From the sequence record PV261924.1: a stretch of 64,000 nucleotides of DNA; one strand, given 5' to 3'. This document shows positions 1 through 9,417 of this stretch, piece after piece. Under the pieces are notes generated by a model, which made no database searches, was not told where the DNA came from, and saw nothing but the letters and a program-made list of their open reading frames with translations. The first letter of the stretch is position 1; each line of letters opens with the position of its first letter. The position numbers were made by a program, and so were the translations under genes.

Positions 1-858
1 GGTCTTACGAATGATGTCAGCCCAGTCTACCAGGTGCTTACAGAAGTCTTTGTCATCACAACCAGACTCAAGAATTTTCTGTTCTGTAGCAGGAGTCGGG
101 TAAGACTGTTCAAAGGTCACACAGAAACGCTCAAGGAATGCTTCGTTGAGAACATTGGTACCAATGAACCGACCATCTTCAGAACCTTTACCCTTAGTGT
201 TGGCAGTGGCAATGACTTGGAAACCTTCGGCAGGTTTGACAAACTTACCAATCTTCTTAAGGAAGACACCCTTACCTTCGAGAATAGATTGGAGACACAG
301 GATCTTGTTAGATGCCAGGTCAACTTCATCTAGAAGTAGTACAGCTCCCCTTTCCAGAGCCTCGATGACGGGTCCGTTATGCCAAACAGTTTCACCATTA
401 ACAAGACGAAAGCCACCAATAAGATCATCCTCATCAGTCTCGATCGTAATGTTGACACGGATCAGTTCCCTCTTGAGTTGGGCACAAGCCTGTTCAACCA
501 AGAACGTTTTACCGTTTCCAGAGAGACCCGTAATGAATGAAGGGTAGAAAAGACGGGACTTAATAATTTTTTTGATATCGCTGAAGTTACCAAAAGTGAC
601 GAAGGAATCATCTTTCTGAGGAATCAGGTCTTGTTCGATTGCAGGAAGAGCAGCAGGTGCTTGATAGTTTTGTTCCAGTTTCTCTTGAACCGTCAGGTTC
701 CACTTACCACGACCAACTTTGTAGTCATTGAGTTTCTTAGTGACAGTCTGATAACTTACGTCATTCATGGCACACCATCCACGAATATCACCAGTGGTGA
801 CCTCAGGTCCGTAGGTGTCTTGAAGAGAAGCAATGATGGAAGAAGTAGTGAGTGCCAT
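1..858 (-). CDS. cobS: CobS/MoxR-like AAA+ ATPase (3' end truncated by window edge; missing from ORF track)
   Basis: Manual translation from ATG at 858: MALTTSSIIASLQDTYGPEV...; Walker A GLSGNGKT, Walker B LLLDEVD, ANTKG..GRFIGTNVLNEAFLERF; frame stays open to position 1. Confidence 0.9.
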   Translation of the reverse strand, partial: MALTTSSIIASLQDTYGPEVTTGDIRGWCAMNDVSYQTVTKKLNDYKVGRGKWNLTVQEKLEQNYQAPAALPAIEQDLIPQKDDSFVTFGNFSDIKKIIKSRLFYPSFITGLSGNGKTFLVEQACAQLKRELIRVNITIETDEDDLIGGFRLVNGETVWHNGPVIEALERGAVLLLDEVDLASNKILCLQSILEGKGVFLKKIGKFVKPAEGFQVIATANTKGKGSEDGRFIGTNVLNEAFLERFCVTFEQSYPTPATEQKILESGCDDKDFCKHLVDWADIIRKT

Positions 859-883
859 AACGTGGTGTGTGTTCAACATAGCT

Positions 884-938
884 ATAATACGACAAAACCA
901 CCCGTCTGACCGAGTGGTTGTGACAGTTGTCCGATTGG
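884..938 (-). promoter_or_regulatory. Putative early promoter: CCAAT-N5-AACTGTC box, central hairpin, -10-like TATTAT
   Basis: Aligns without gaps to 3083-3137; sits directly upstream of the AAA ATPase start. Confidence 0.7.
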
Positions 939-939
939 C

Positions 940-3060
940 TCAACTGATGATGTCAACAAACTGACTCAATACCTTTCTATTTAGAGACTTGGCGTTAAGA
1001 TTTTTAACAAAAGCAGATTTGATCTTTGCCTTGGTTGCTCCTTCTTCTACATCAAACTCAGTGTCATTATCAAGAGAAGAAGAAAGAATACCAAAGTAAG
1101 AAGTGTAACCACTGGTCTTGATTACAATCGACTTGTCCTTTTTGACCTTCTTGTAAGACTCTTCAGTCATGGTCTTATCATAACGACGACAAAACCCTTT
1201 GAAATCAGAGTTACTTGACAGACGGAAACCAATCACATTGACACCAGGATTCATTTGTTTCAAGTCCTCAAGAAGAATCTCAGTGAACTTGTAAAACTCT
1301 GAGTTAATTTGATAGGTATGTCCAGTTTTACGATTACGGATGAAATCACCCATATAACAACGACCAGAACCCATACGTTCATCATCATAGTAATGATTTG
1401 TCTTGTAGTAAGGAAGGGGATTTGCCTCACCATCAGTCAGAATTACAGTGTTAACTTTTTGAACTTTATGTTTCTGTTGGAACTGAGGAATGATTTTGTG
1501 TAGACAAACGATAGCCTCATTCAAAGGTGTGCCAGAAAGACTATATCCGTGGGGAATCATATAATCTACCCAACGAACAGTAGCATATACAATACGCCAC
1601 AGAGACTTCATCTGTTTATCAAGTTCTTTCTTATTCACATCACTGGTCAAGAAGTGAAGAAGATTGAAATCAGGGTTTACAATCATATCAAACTCTTTGA
1701 CCTCTTGAATAGGACTATCAAGATACTCTTGAAACTTAGATTCTTTCAGGTAACTGTTAGTAAAGGCATAAACATCAAAGGGAATATTGACCTTATTACA
1801 GAACATAACCAGATTGAACAACTGTTTGGTAGTTTCAAGCAAACAATCAGCCATGGAACCAGACCAATCCAGAATAAAGATTAGACCGTGGTTTTTACCA
1901 TCAGGAATGACATTCACCTTCCTGAAGAGATCTTCATTGTATTTGTAGGTATGGAGTTTAGTACAATCGAGAGTACCAGTCTTAGACGTGAATGAACGAG
2001 AGTAAGCATCGGCAGACTTCTTACACTCAAACTCCTTCACAAGATAGTTGACTTCTTTCTGTGCAGACTTCTTGTATTTTTCATACTCTTTGTCAGCAAT
2101 ATCAAAGTTTCTTGGTTCCGTCGTCCTCGTCTTTTCACAGTATGCATCGTAATACTCTTTTAGAGTCAACTGATCGATCCAAGATTCATTCAGTTCTTCA
2201 TGAATAGCTTTGTTAGATACAATAACCTTTTCAACATCAACAGATGGGACCTCAAGATAACTTGAAGATGGCATACCAGGTTTGATATCACCATTAAATT
2301 CTTCTTTACCAGACTCAAACATGTCGTCAGTATGAACTTCAAGATCGGGAGAGTTCTTATTCATACGACCCTCTGACATATCTTCAAGTTCACCAAAGTT
2401 CTCTTCATTCTCTTCTTCACGACGTTCAGCTTCTTCTTGCATCTCTTCATGAGTCATTTCCTCACCACCTGTATTAGACGGATTAGGAAGAGAAATTGCT
2501 TCAGGTTTTTTATTGTCAAAACCACCCTTCACAAACTTGAAGAGTTCTTCGGCAACCAGAACAGCATCGGCAAAGGTCTCAGTGTTTGCCATCATATCAA
2601 TGAACTTCATCTCTTCATCAGAGATAGGAACCTCAGCAAAGTTACCAATCTTGAAGTAAAGGTTGGCACGGTCAGCCAGATTGTAAGTAGAAATATCATC
2701 ATCCTCAAGACCAAAGAAATCGTCTTCTGCGAGTTCTTGATAACCTTTGTAAAAACTTTTCGCCAGACCAGGATACCGACGTTTCATCAGTTTCTCAATA
2801 CGTGCATCTTCAACCACGTTGACAAACTGTTTAGGAATACGATCTTCCCATGACCAGTCATTAGGAGTGAACAGAGCGTGTCCAACCTCATGACCCACCA
2901 ACATATCGTATACAGTGTTAGACGCCCTCTTCCACATCGGGAGGGTCAACACACGACGTTCTACATCAAACTGTGCGGTCTCCACGTTACGGTTCTCAAC
3001 CACCATGTTCTCAGTGGCTAGAAGTTTGGCAAGTTGGGATTTGATTTCGTAATTGATCAT
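940..3060 (-). CDS. CobT-like protein: N-terminal HExxH metallopeptidase plus C-terminal vWA (MIDAS) domain
   Basis: HEVGH near the N-terminus; DWSGS, GTPL and ILTDGE MIDAS elements; adjacent to the CobS-like ATPase. Confidence 0.8.
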   Translation of the reverse strand: MINYEIKSQLAKLLATENMVVENRNVETAQFDVERRVLTLPMWKRASNTVYDMLVGHEVGHALFTPNDWSWEDRIPKQFVNVVEDARIEKLMKRRYPGLAKSFYKGYQELAEDDFFGLEDDDISTYNLADRANLYFKIGNFAEVPISDEEMKFIDMMANTETFADAVLVAEELFKFVKGGFDNKKPEAISLPNPSNTGGEEMTHEEMQEEAERREEENEENFGELEDMSEGRMNKNSPDLEVHTDDMFESGKEEFNGDIKPGMPSSSYLEVPSVDVEKVIVSNKAIHEELNESWIDQLTLKEYYDAYCEKTRTTEPRNFDIADKEYEKYKKSAQKEVNYLVKEFECKKSADAYSRSFTSKTGTLDCTKLHTYKYNEDLFRKVNVIPDGKNHGLIFILDWSGSMADCLLETTKQLFNLVMFCNKVNIPFDVYAFTNSYLKESKFQEYLDSPIQEVKEFDMIVNPDFNLLHFLTSDVNKKELDKQMKSLWRIVYATVRWVDYMIPHGYSLSGTPLNEAIVCLHKIIPQFQQKHKVQKVNTVILTDGEANPLPYYKTNHYYDDERMGSGRCYMGDFIRNRKTGHTYQINSEFYKFTEILLEDLKQMNPGVNVIGFRLSSNSDFKGFCRRYDKTMTEESYKKVKKDKSIVIKTSGYTSYFGILSSSLDNDTEFDVEEGATKAKIKSAFVKNLNAKSLNRKVLSQFVDIIS

Positions 3061-3082
3061 GGTGGTCTGTCTCGATGTAGCT

Positions 3083-3137
3083 ACAATACAACGAAACCCA
3101 CCTGTTTCACGGGTAGGTCGGACAGTTTATATATTGG
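3083..3137 (-). promoter_or_regulatory. Putative early promoter: CCAAT-N5-AACTGTC box, central hairpin, -10-like TATTGT
   Basis: Same boxes and identical spacing as 884-938. Confidence 0.7.
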
Positions 3138-3147
3138 CACATGCACC

Positions 3148-3172
3148 AAACCCGACCTTTTAAGGGGTCGGG
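3148..3172. terminator. GC-rich hairpin, probable intrinsic terminator
   Basis: CCCGACC-N8-GGTCGGG just downstream of the 3201-3374 gene; U-tract on the minus strand is short (3 U). Confidence 0.5.
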
Positions 3173-3200
3173 TCTTCGGTCAGTATTCTCCGTTTAAAAA

Positions 3201-3374
3201 TTAATCTGTTGTTAGGACGTGTCTACAGAACCTCCTGGCGGAACTATCTATGATACCACATTCTGAAATGCATTGGAAGTATTCGGATACTTGATCATAT
3301 TTGTCATCAACAGTTAGTTTTTCATCCCACTCCCAGGATGCAAGTTCATTACGTGAGACAAGATTTTTCATCAT
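3201..3374 (-). CDS. Small hypothetical phage protein (57 aa)
   Basis: Start moved from 3479 to the ATG at 3374, which follows SD GGAGGTG; MMKNLVSRNELASWEWDE..., CxxxC..CxxxC-like Cys pattern. Confidence 0.7.
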   Translation of the reverse strand: MMKNLVSRNELASWEWDEKLTVDDKYDQVSEYFQCISECGIIDSSARRFCRHVLTTD

Positions 3375-3444
3375 CACCTCCAAATCACATATTATATAGA
3401 GATGTTTGTGTAACTTCACGAACATTTGTGTTATTGTTACTTTA

Positions 3445-5154
3445 TTAAATTTTTCTTGAGAAACCTTTATGTTTTTCAAACTTGACTACATTTTCAAACT
3501 TATCGTCCATACCAGTTTTGTGACTGATAACGAATATGTTTGCGTCTTTGATAGTGTATCGAATAATTTTGAGGAACTCATCCGTTCCAAAACCGTCTAG
3601 TGAACTATCGAAGACCTCATCCATAATGAGGAGATTTGTATTGACTGAGTTCTTGACCCTTGCAATTTCCCTCCAAGTGAATAGTAGTGCTAGGTCAATT
3701 CTCATTTTCTCCCCTTCACTAAATGACGGATAAGAAAAGTCTTCGTGAATGGGAGATTCTACAGTTTCGTTGAATTCTTCATCAAGTTTGAAATTAATGT
3801 AAAAGTCCATCATCTGTAGATACTTATTAACTTGTTGGTTGATAAGTGGTAGATACTTTTTGATGATCTTTGCTTTTACACCACCGTCTTTGAGCAGACT
3901 ATAGATGAAATCGTGGTAAGAAATATTGTCCTTGTGCTTTACCAGTTCATCATATGTCTTATCAAGACTATCTCGTAAGGTTTCTAACTTCTCATGCTCA
4001 GAATTTCGGTTCTCGATCTGACTGGTAACAGTTTGAATTTCTGATTCCAGTCCCCTGATCTGTCGTTGAAAACCAGAGATCTGTACATTGAAAGAAGAAA
4101 TGTCATTAAGTGTTTCTGAGATTTTAGTGGATACAGTTTTAAAATGTGATTCCCTCAGTTCTTCATCTTTAATCGCCGATTGGAGTTTTTCAAACCCTTC
4201 TCTGAGCTCTTCTGCCTTAGATTGGGAATCACTAATTCTATTTACTCTAAACAACTCCTCAATGTCCTGATTACAGGTAGGACAAACCGTATTCTCAGTA
4301 AAAAATTTATGTTCCTTGACAATACTTTGTATACGTTGAGACAGTTTACCTTTGATACTACCAAACTCCCTCAATCTATCCTGGGCATTATCAACAGTTT
4401 TCAACTCCTTTTGAAGGTACTCCAATACTTCTTCTTGTTCAAAACTCTGTTTGAAGCATCTCTCAATTTCTTGATTCAGACCCTCAATCTTATCAGTCTT
4501 CTTCTTGATAGTATCCTTACTCTGACTCTCAATCTTTTCGATAAAGTCTTTTTGCATATCGACCTTATCTTTCAAGTTCTCCTTCTTCAGTTCTAGAGTC
4601 CTGACCTCATCACGAATACCACGTATCTTACCTTTGATGACATCATTCATCGAAGAGAAGATTTTGATATCCAATAGATCTTCTACCACTTCTCTACGTG
4701 CAGAGGTGGGGAGTTGCATAAACGGAACAAAGGTAGAAGAACCCAGGATCACAATCTGTGTAAATGACTTGTAGTTCATCTTCAACACATTCTGTTCCAA
4801 CCACTTCTGTTGATCTAATGCAGATGCAGATTGATCCAACTCTTCATCATTACGATAGATCTTGAAGATGTTTGGTTTGATTCCACGTTGAATCTTCCAC
4901 TGAACAGAGTTCACGTCAAACTCAATCTCCACAAGACAAGCCTTCTCGTTTGTAGAGTTAATCAACTGTGCTTTATTGATCTTACGAAAAGACTTACCAT
5001 ACAGAACAAAAGTCAGTGCATCAAGAATGGTGGACTTACCTGCACCATTCGATCCAATGATTAATGTCGTACTTGTTTCGTTAAGATTGACTTCTGTTGG
5101 GTGGTTCCCCGTTGATAAAAAGTTTTGCCACTTAATCTTTTTGAAAACTATCAT
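3445..5154 (-). CDS. g46: Recombination endonuclease subunit gp46 (SbcC/Rad50-like)
   Basis: Walker A GSNGAGKST, zinc hook CPTC, signature FSEGE, Walker B LLIMDEVFD, coiled coils. Confidence 0.97.
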   Translation of the reverse strand: MIVFKKIKWQNFLSTGNHPTEVNLNETSTTLIIGSNGAGKSTILDALTFVLYGKSFRKINKAQLINSTNEKACLVEIEFDVNSVQWKIQRGIKPNIFKIYRNDEELDQSASALDQQKWLEQNVLKMNYKSFTQIVILGSSTFVPFMQLPTSARREVVEDLLDIKIFSSMNDVIKGKIRGIRDEVRTLELKKENLKDKVDMQKDFIEKIESQSKDTIKKKTDKIEGLNQEIERCFKQSFEQEEVLEYLQKELKTVDNAQDRLREFGSIKGKLSQRIQSIVKEHKFFTENTVCPTCNQDIEELFRVNRISDSQSKAEELREGFEKLQSAIKDEELRESHFKTVSTKISETLNDISSFNVQISGFQRQIRGLESEIQTVTSQIENRNSEHEKLETLRDSLDKTYDELVKHKDNISYHDFIYSLLKDGGVKAKIIKKYLPLINQQVNKYLQMMDFYINFKLDEEFNETVESPIHEDFSYPSFSEGEKMRIDLALLFTWREIARVKNSVNTNLLIMDEVFDSSLDGFGTDEFLKIIRYTIKDANIFVISHKTGMDDKFENVVKFEKHKGFSRKI

Positions 5155-5413
5155 ATTCAGAATCAGGGGGAATCACAATGTCGTCTGAGGTTATTACAGT
5201 ATATCTGTGATCATGCATCTCACAGGTCTTGATCATTATCTCATCATCTACTTCTAACACATTCATCTCAGGATAGTCAAGTTCTTCCAGTTGTATGGCA
5301 TACCTTTCTGCGTCGTCTTCTTCACAGAAGATATAAAGAACCTGTTCACCCTGTTCATCAACTACAGAGTAGGCACCTTCTTTTTCTTTACCAGCAACTG
5401 TAATGATGAACAT
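5132..5413 (-). CDS. Hypothetical protein between g47 and g46 (resembles DUF3110-type proteins, from recall)
   Basis: Overlaps g47 stop and g46 start; LYIFCEEDDAERYA motif. Confidence 0.7.
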   Translation of the reverse strand: MFIITVAGKEKEGAYSVVDEQGEQVLYIFCEEDDAERYAIQLEELDYPEMNVLEVDDEIMIKTCEMHDHRYTVITSDDIVIPPDSEYDSFQKD

Positions 5414-6453
5414 TATACGACCTCACACGCCTCTTGGTATATTTCTTTGATGAGAGACTGAATTACTGTTTTATTTAACTCAGTTTCAGATTCATCAATA
5501 TACCGACTCAGGATAGACATCGTATCTTCAGACTCTTCTGCTTCAAACTCCTCTGACTCATCGAGTTGGAAGTTCTCTACAATCTTCAGATCAGCAACAC
5601 CAGAGGTATAGAGTTTGTCGATGAACTTCTCAAACTTCTTAGTGTCTGTCTTCTTTCTTACGATGACCTTAACGATTTTATTCTCATACTCAGAGGTATT
5701 GAATGTCTGATGGTCAGTGTCTTCGTAGAAGATCTTGTAGAACAGTCTATGAGGATTGTTTATGGATTGATGTTCCAGGGATTCAGTATCAAAAATAGTG
5801 AAGCCTCTGGGACTTTCGACATCATTCCAGAACATTTCATAGGGATTACCAAGATAGTACACGGTCCCATTGTCGGATCGAGAGTGATAATGTCCCGAAA
5901 AGACTTTCCTGAACTTATCAAAGGCTCTTGCGTCGTGACCGTGCTCCATGATGTGGCCAGGGGTTGCGACAAACCCGTTAAGTTCGAGGTGTCCCATTGC
6001 GACTGGACACTTTGTCTTCTTGATAATGTTGTTGGTTTCTTTTTCGTTCTGTTCGTTGATCCAAGGAAGGAATAGAATGGGTAGATCACCCACAGATACT
6101 TCTGTAGGAGAAGAATAAACCTCAACATTATCATATTCTTTCAGGAGAAGATCAACAGCATTGATTTCGTTTGTGTTCTTGTAGTATGCATCATGATTAC
6201 CGACCATCAGATGCATCTTGATACCACGATCCTTGAGAGGATTAAACACAACTCTCTTGGCCCACTTCAGTGATTTGAATTCAATACCCTTTCGGCTATC
6301 AAACGCATCACCCATATGAATGACAGTATCAATACCTTCTTTGTCTATGGTTGGAAAGAAGACATCGTTGTAGAACTTTTCAAAGTAATCGTGAAAGAGT
6401 TTAGAACCTTTACGAGCGCCGTAGTGAGTATCAGTTATTATCGCTACTTTCAT
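5413..6453 (-). CDS. g47: Recombination endonuclease subunit gp47 (SbcD/Mre11-like)
   Basis: Metallophosphoesterase motifs TDTHYG, GDAFD, GNHD, GHYH. Confidence 0.97.
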   Translation of the reverse strand: MKVAIITDTHYGARKGSKLFHDYFEKFYNDVFFPTIDKEGIDTVIHMGDAFDSRKGIEFKSLKWAKRVVFNPLKDRGIKMHLMVGNHDAYYKNTNEINAVDLLLKEYDNVEVYSSPTEVSVGDLPILFLPWINEQNEKETNNIIKKTKCPVAMGHLELNGFVATPGHIMEHGHDARAFDKFRKVFSGHYHSRSDNGTVYYLGNPYEMFWNDVESPRGFTIFDTESLEHQSINNPHRLFYKIFYEDTDHQTFNTSEYENKIVKVIVRKKTDTKKFEKFIDKLYTSGVADLKIVENFQLDESEEFEAEESEDTMSILSRYIDESETELNKTVIQSLIKEIYQEACEVV

Positions 6454-6748
6454 GTGGATGTCTAGGGTTAAACTCTTCCGTGGGTTGGGATTTGGTCAGA
6501 TCTCTACGACCTTGGTTCTTGATGACAATGAATGCATCTTTGTTGTACTTACGAGTACCAATAGGTGATTGCCACTTCTTATTGTACTCTTCACCAACAT
6601 CAATACCAGAGACAGCTGTTCCACCAATCTCTACACTAATCTCGTCAAGTTCATCCCAACCAAGGGTATTGATTGCTTCCAGTATTTGAGCTTTCACTCT
6701 CAAAGGGTTGTACATAACACGTTCTTCTGGATCCAGTTTTCCAATCAT
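6431..6748 (-). CDS. Hypothetical protein between g55 and g47
   Basis: Overlaps both neighbours on the coding strand. Confidence 0.7.
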   Translation of the reverse strand: MIGKLDPEERVMYNPLRVKAQILEAINTLGWDELDEISVEIGGTAVSGIDVGEEYNKKWQSPIGTRKYNKDAFIVIKNQGRRDLTKSQPTEEFNPRHPHESSDNN

Positions 6749-7224
6749 GAATTTCTCAGTTTTTGATGCACTGCATCTTTAATACTATTATAATCAGAGT
6801 AGTTACCAATGTCAAGGTCGTTGGCATCAAAGACTTCATCGAAGTCAGTTCTTTCTAGGATCTTGTTCTTGATCTCTAACTGTTTCTTCTCTTGAGAGAT
6901 CCTTCTCAGGAATGCATAGTAGATGATCTGAGTAAAGTATGCAAAGGGGTTCTTTGACTTCTCAGGATTAAAGTTATGAATGTATCTCACACAGTTCTCA
7001 ATACCATCACAAATCATGTCATCTTTGAACATGTAGTTGACAAAGTTTGGTTTGTATGACAAGTGATTTGCAATCTTCAGAAAGCACTCACCAATGTAAC
7101 GAGGAATTTCTGGTTTGGGTTGATCATTGAGTTTTGCTTTCTCCACTCGTGCAAAGTAGTTCTCAAGTGCGTTCAGAAACTCCTTGTTATTTACATAGTG
7201 TTCTGCATTTCTGGGTTTAGGCAT
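6745..7224 (-). CDS. g55: Late-transcription sigma factor gp55
   Basis: HYVNNKEFL, YKPNF..YMFKDDMICDGIENC, NPFAYFTQIIYYAFLRRI; start moved to 7224 because the promoter lies inside the longer ORF. Confidence 0.97.
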   Translation of the reverse strand: MPKPRNAEHYVNNKEFLNALENYFARVEKAKLNDQPKPEIPRYIGECFLKIANHLSYKPNFVNYMFKDDMICDGIENCVRYIHNFNPEKSKNPFAYFTQIIYYAFLRRISQEKKQLEIKNKILERTDFDEVFDANDLDIGNYSDYNSIKDAVHQKLRNS

Positions 7225-7246
7225 AATGGTTCTTTTTGTTGTCTTT

Positions 7247-7275
7247 ATTATATCAGAGATATCAAGTGTTGACAA
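7247..7275 (-). promoter_or_regulatory. Sigma70-like promoter for g55
   Basis: TTGTCA-N17-TATAAT on the minus strand. Confidence 0.75.
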
Positions 7276-7334
7276 GGTATCAAAAGCCATATAGACTAGG
7301 CTTGTCCAGGATGATAGATAAGTTATAGGTACTA

Positions 7335-7721
7335 CTAAGAGGACTTATAAAGCTTCTCCAAGACTTCCTTAGTATCCCTTACATTCCCTAAGTAACCCAT
7401 CCTTCTATCTAACTTAGCAAAGTTACCTTGGTTTGTTTTTCTAATGTAGTCTTGATAGTTCATAATCATTTCAATGTTCTCTGATTCAGACATTGTGAGA
7501 ACATCTTCTAGATTAATTACAAATAGATCTTCATGCGAAGTCTTTAACCATGGTTCAAACTTGTAACCAGTAATTGAACCTCTTGTTTTAATTGGTTGAA
7601 CACAAATAGGATGAGAGATGAGAAGCATAGTTCTATCATCTTCATCAGATGCTGCTACCTTACAAAAGATTTCATCACCACATTTGAGTTTGATTGTTGC
7701 GTAAAAATCATCCTCTATCAT
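7335..7721 (-). CDS. Hypothetical protein, possibly Sm-like fold
   Basis: ATIKLKCGDEIFCKV...PW pattern; position between uvsW and g55. Confidence 0.7.
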   Translation of the reverse strand: MIEDDFYATIKLKCGDEIFCKVAASDEDDRTMLLISHPICVQPIKTRGSITGYKFEPWLKTSHEDLFVINLEDVLTMSESENIEMIMNYQDYIRKTNQGNFAKLDRRMGYLGNVRDTKEVLEKLYKSS

Positions 7722-7735
7722 ACAATCTCCTTTTT

Positions 7736-9202
7736 CTAGTCTTTTATGTCAATAGTATAAATGTCGTAATTGAACTGTTCTGAAACATAGATCTTCACTC
7801 TTTCAATAAAGTGATTCAATGTGTAATTCTTTCTTGATCCAATAGTAAAGTCATCTGCAATATCATAAAGTTTTGCACTAACCTTATCTTTGCCTTTACG
7901 TAGGACTCTACCAATACTTTGTAAGTTTCTTACTCTAGATTTTGATGGAGAGGCAAATATTACGTTATGAAGGTTTTTAATATTAATACCAGTACTGAAC
8001 GTTCCGTAAGATGCGACGATGATAGCGTCTTTTTCTTTTTCAGTAATCTCCCTTACTTGTTCTCTATCCTCGGCATCTACACCACCATGAATAAAAAATA
8101 CTTTACGGTCTTCACTTACCTTTTTATTTATTAAGTCAAATAAGATGGCACCATGAGCCTCCACTCTGGAATACAGCACCAGACTATTACCATCTAAATC
8201 TCTGACTAGATTCGTAATAAAATTATTCCTCTTCTCATGTGATATCAGATATTGAATCTCATCTTCATAGGTATCAAACTTCTTAGGTCTATACTTCAGA
8301 ACAAGACACTGAATATCAAGTTCAGCAAGGTGTCCTTCCTCTTGTAGTTTCTTTGTTTGAGTGACTTTATATGATGGACCAAAGAGTCCCTCTAACACCC
8401 ATTTATGGGTCTGAGAGCCGTCTAGTGTCCCCGTAAACCCGTATCTATACTTAGCATGATGTAACTTGTCCATAATGCCAATAAGAGACTTACTCTTAAA
8501 AAGGTGGGCCTCGTCACCAATGACTACATCATACTCCTCAAAGAACTTACGATCCAACTGATAGACAGATTGCCAAGTGGTAATGGTTACCTCATTTGTA
8601 TTGACTCTCTCACGTCCAGCATAAATTCTGTGACAATGATTCTCTGCATCCCAACCATATTGTTGGAAGTCCTTGAACATCTGTTCTACAAGAGATGTGG
8701 TAGGAACAACCAATAGAATCTTATTACCACGTGCAACGTGATATCTCACTACAGAGTAAATCATAAAAGATTTGCCAGAACCCGTAGGAGAGATGAGTAG
8801 TTTTCTGTTATACCTTAATGCTTCGTATACACCTTCTACCTGATAGTCACGGGGACTGATACCAGGTGATATACTTTCCATATAATCTTTAGTACCGCCT
8901 TGACTTACAAAGTCATTCACTTCAAATGGTGGACCGTAGAATTTATTATTTAAAAACTTATACGTATATCCTGCACTCTCACAGAATGCAATAATCTTAT
9001 CAAGAAGACCCACATAGATTCTCTTGGTCTTCATGTTGAATAGATGAACAAATCCATCCCAGTACTTACTCCGATACTGGGGCATGAATTTTTTATTTGG
9101 AACCTCAAAGGTGAACCTATCTCTCAGTTCATACTCGATGTGTGGTTCTGTCGTAATCTTTAGGTAAACTTCGTTTACCTTTTCTATAGTCAAATCAGCC
9201 AT
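7736..9202 (-). CDS. uvsW: UvsW SF2 helicase
   Basis: PRDYQ, SPTGSGKS, DEAH, GFTGT, LQSIGRVLR motifs. Confidence 0.97.
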   Translation of the reverse strand: MADLTIEKVNEVYLKITTEPHIEYELRDRFTFEVPNKKFMPQYRSKYWDGFVHLFNMKTKRIYVGLLDKIIAFCESAGYTYKFLNNKFYGPPFEVNDFVSQGGTKDYMESISPGISPRDYQVEGVYEALRYNRKLLISPTGSGKSFMIYSVVRYHVARGNKILLVVPTTSLVEQMFKDFQQYGWDAENHCHRIYAGRERVNTNEVTITTWQSVYQLDRKFFEEYDVVIGDEAHLFKSKSLIGIMDKLHHAKYRYGFTGTLDGSQTHKWVLEGLFGPSYKVTQTKKLQEEGHLAELDIQCLVLKYRPKKFDTYEDEIQYLISHEKRNNFITNLVRDLDGNSLVLYSRVEAHGAILFDLINKKVSEDRKVFFIHGGVDAEDREQVREITEKEKDAIIVASYGTFSTGINIKNLHNVIFASPSKSRVRNLQSIGRVLRKGKDKVSAKLYDIADDFTIGSRKNYTLNHFIERVKIYVSEQFNYDIYTIDIKD

Positions 9203-9225
9203 ACATGTAGGTTCTCACCTACAAG

Positions 9226-9233
9226 TATTTATT
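9226..9233 (-). promoter_or_regulatory. T4-type late promoter (uvsW)
   Basis: AATAAATA, 23 nt upstream of the start. Confidence 0.75.
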
Positions 9234-9417
9234 ACATATTTTCAAACTTATATTGTAAAACAATCCGATATAGAAAGTCTTTCATAAAATTTAATCTTGC
9301 TTGTTCATCAGGATGACCACCAGGCCATTTCTCATAATGAAACTTCACAGAGTTGTAGATAAGATAGACATCTTCAATATCTAAATCTAATTCTACATAA
9401 GGTCTTTCTTCTTCCAT
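9232..9417 (-). CDS. Hypothetical protein (61 aa)
   Basis: TAATG coupling to the upstream gene; WPGGHPDEQARL motif. Confidence 0.7.
   Translation of the reverse strand: MEEERPYVELDLDIEDVYLIYNSVKFHYEKWPGGHPDEQARLNFMKDFLYRIVLQYKFENM

Noticed and set aside
7225-7290. N-terminal extensions given by the ORF track for g55, and likewise 3375-3479, 62751-62780 and 63560-63583
   Set aside because: They overlap promoters, terminators or upstream genes; downstream ATGs fit the signals better.
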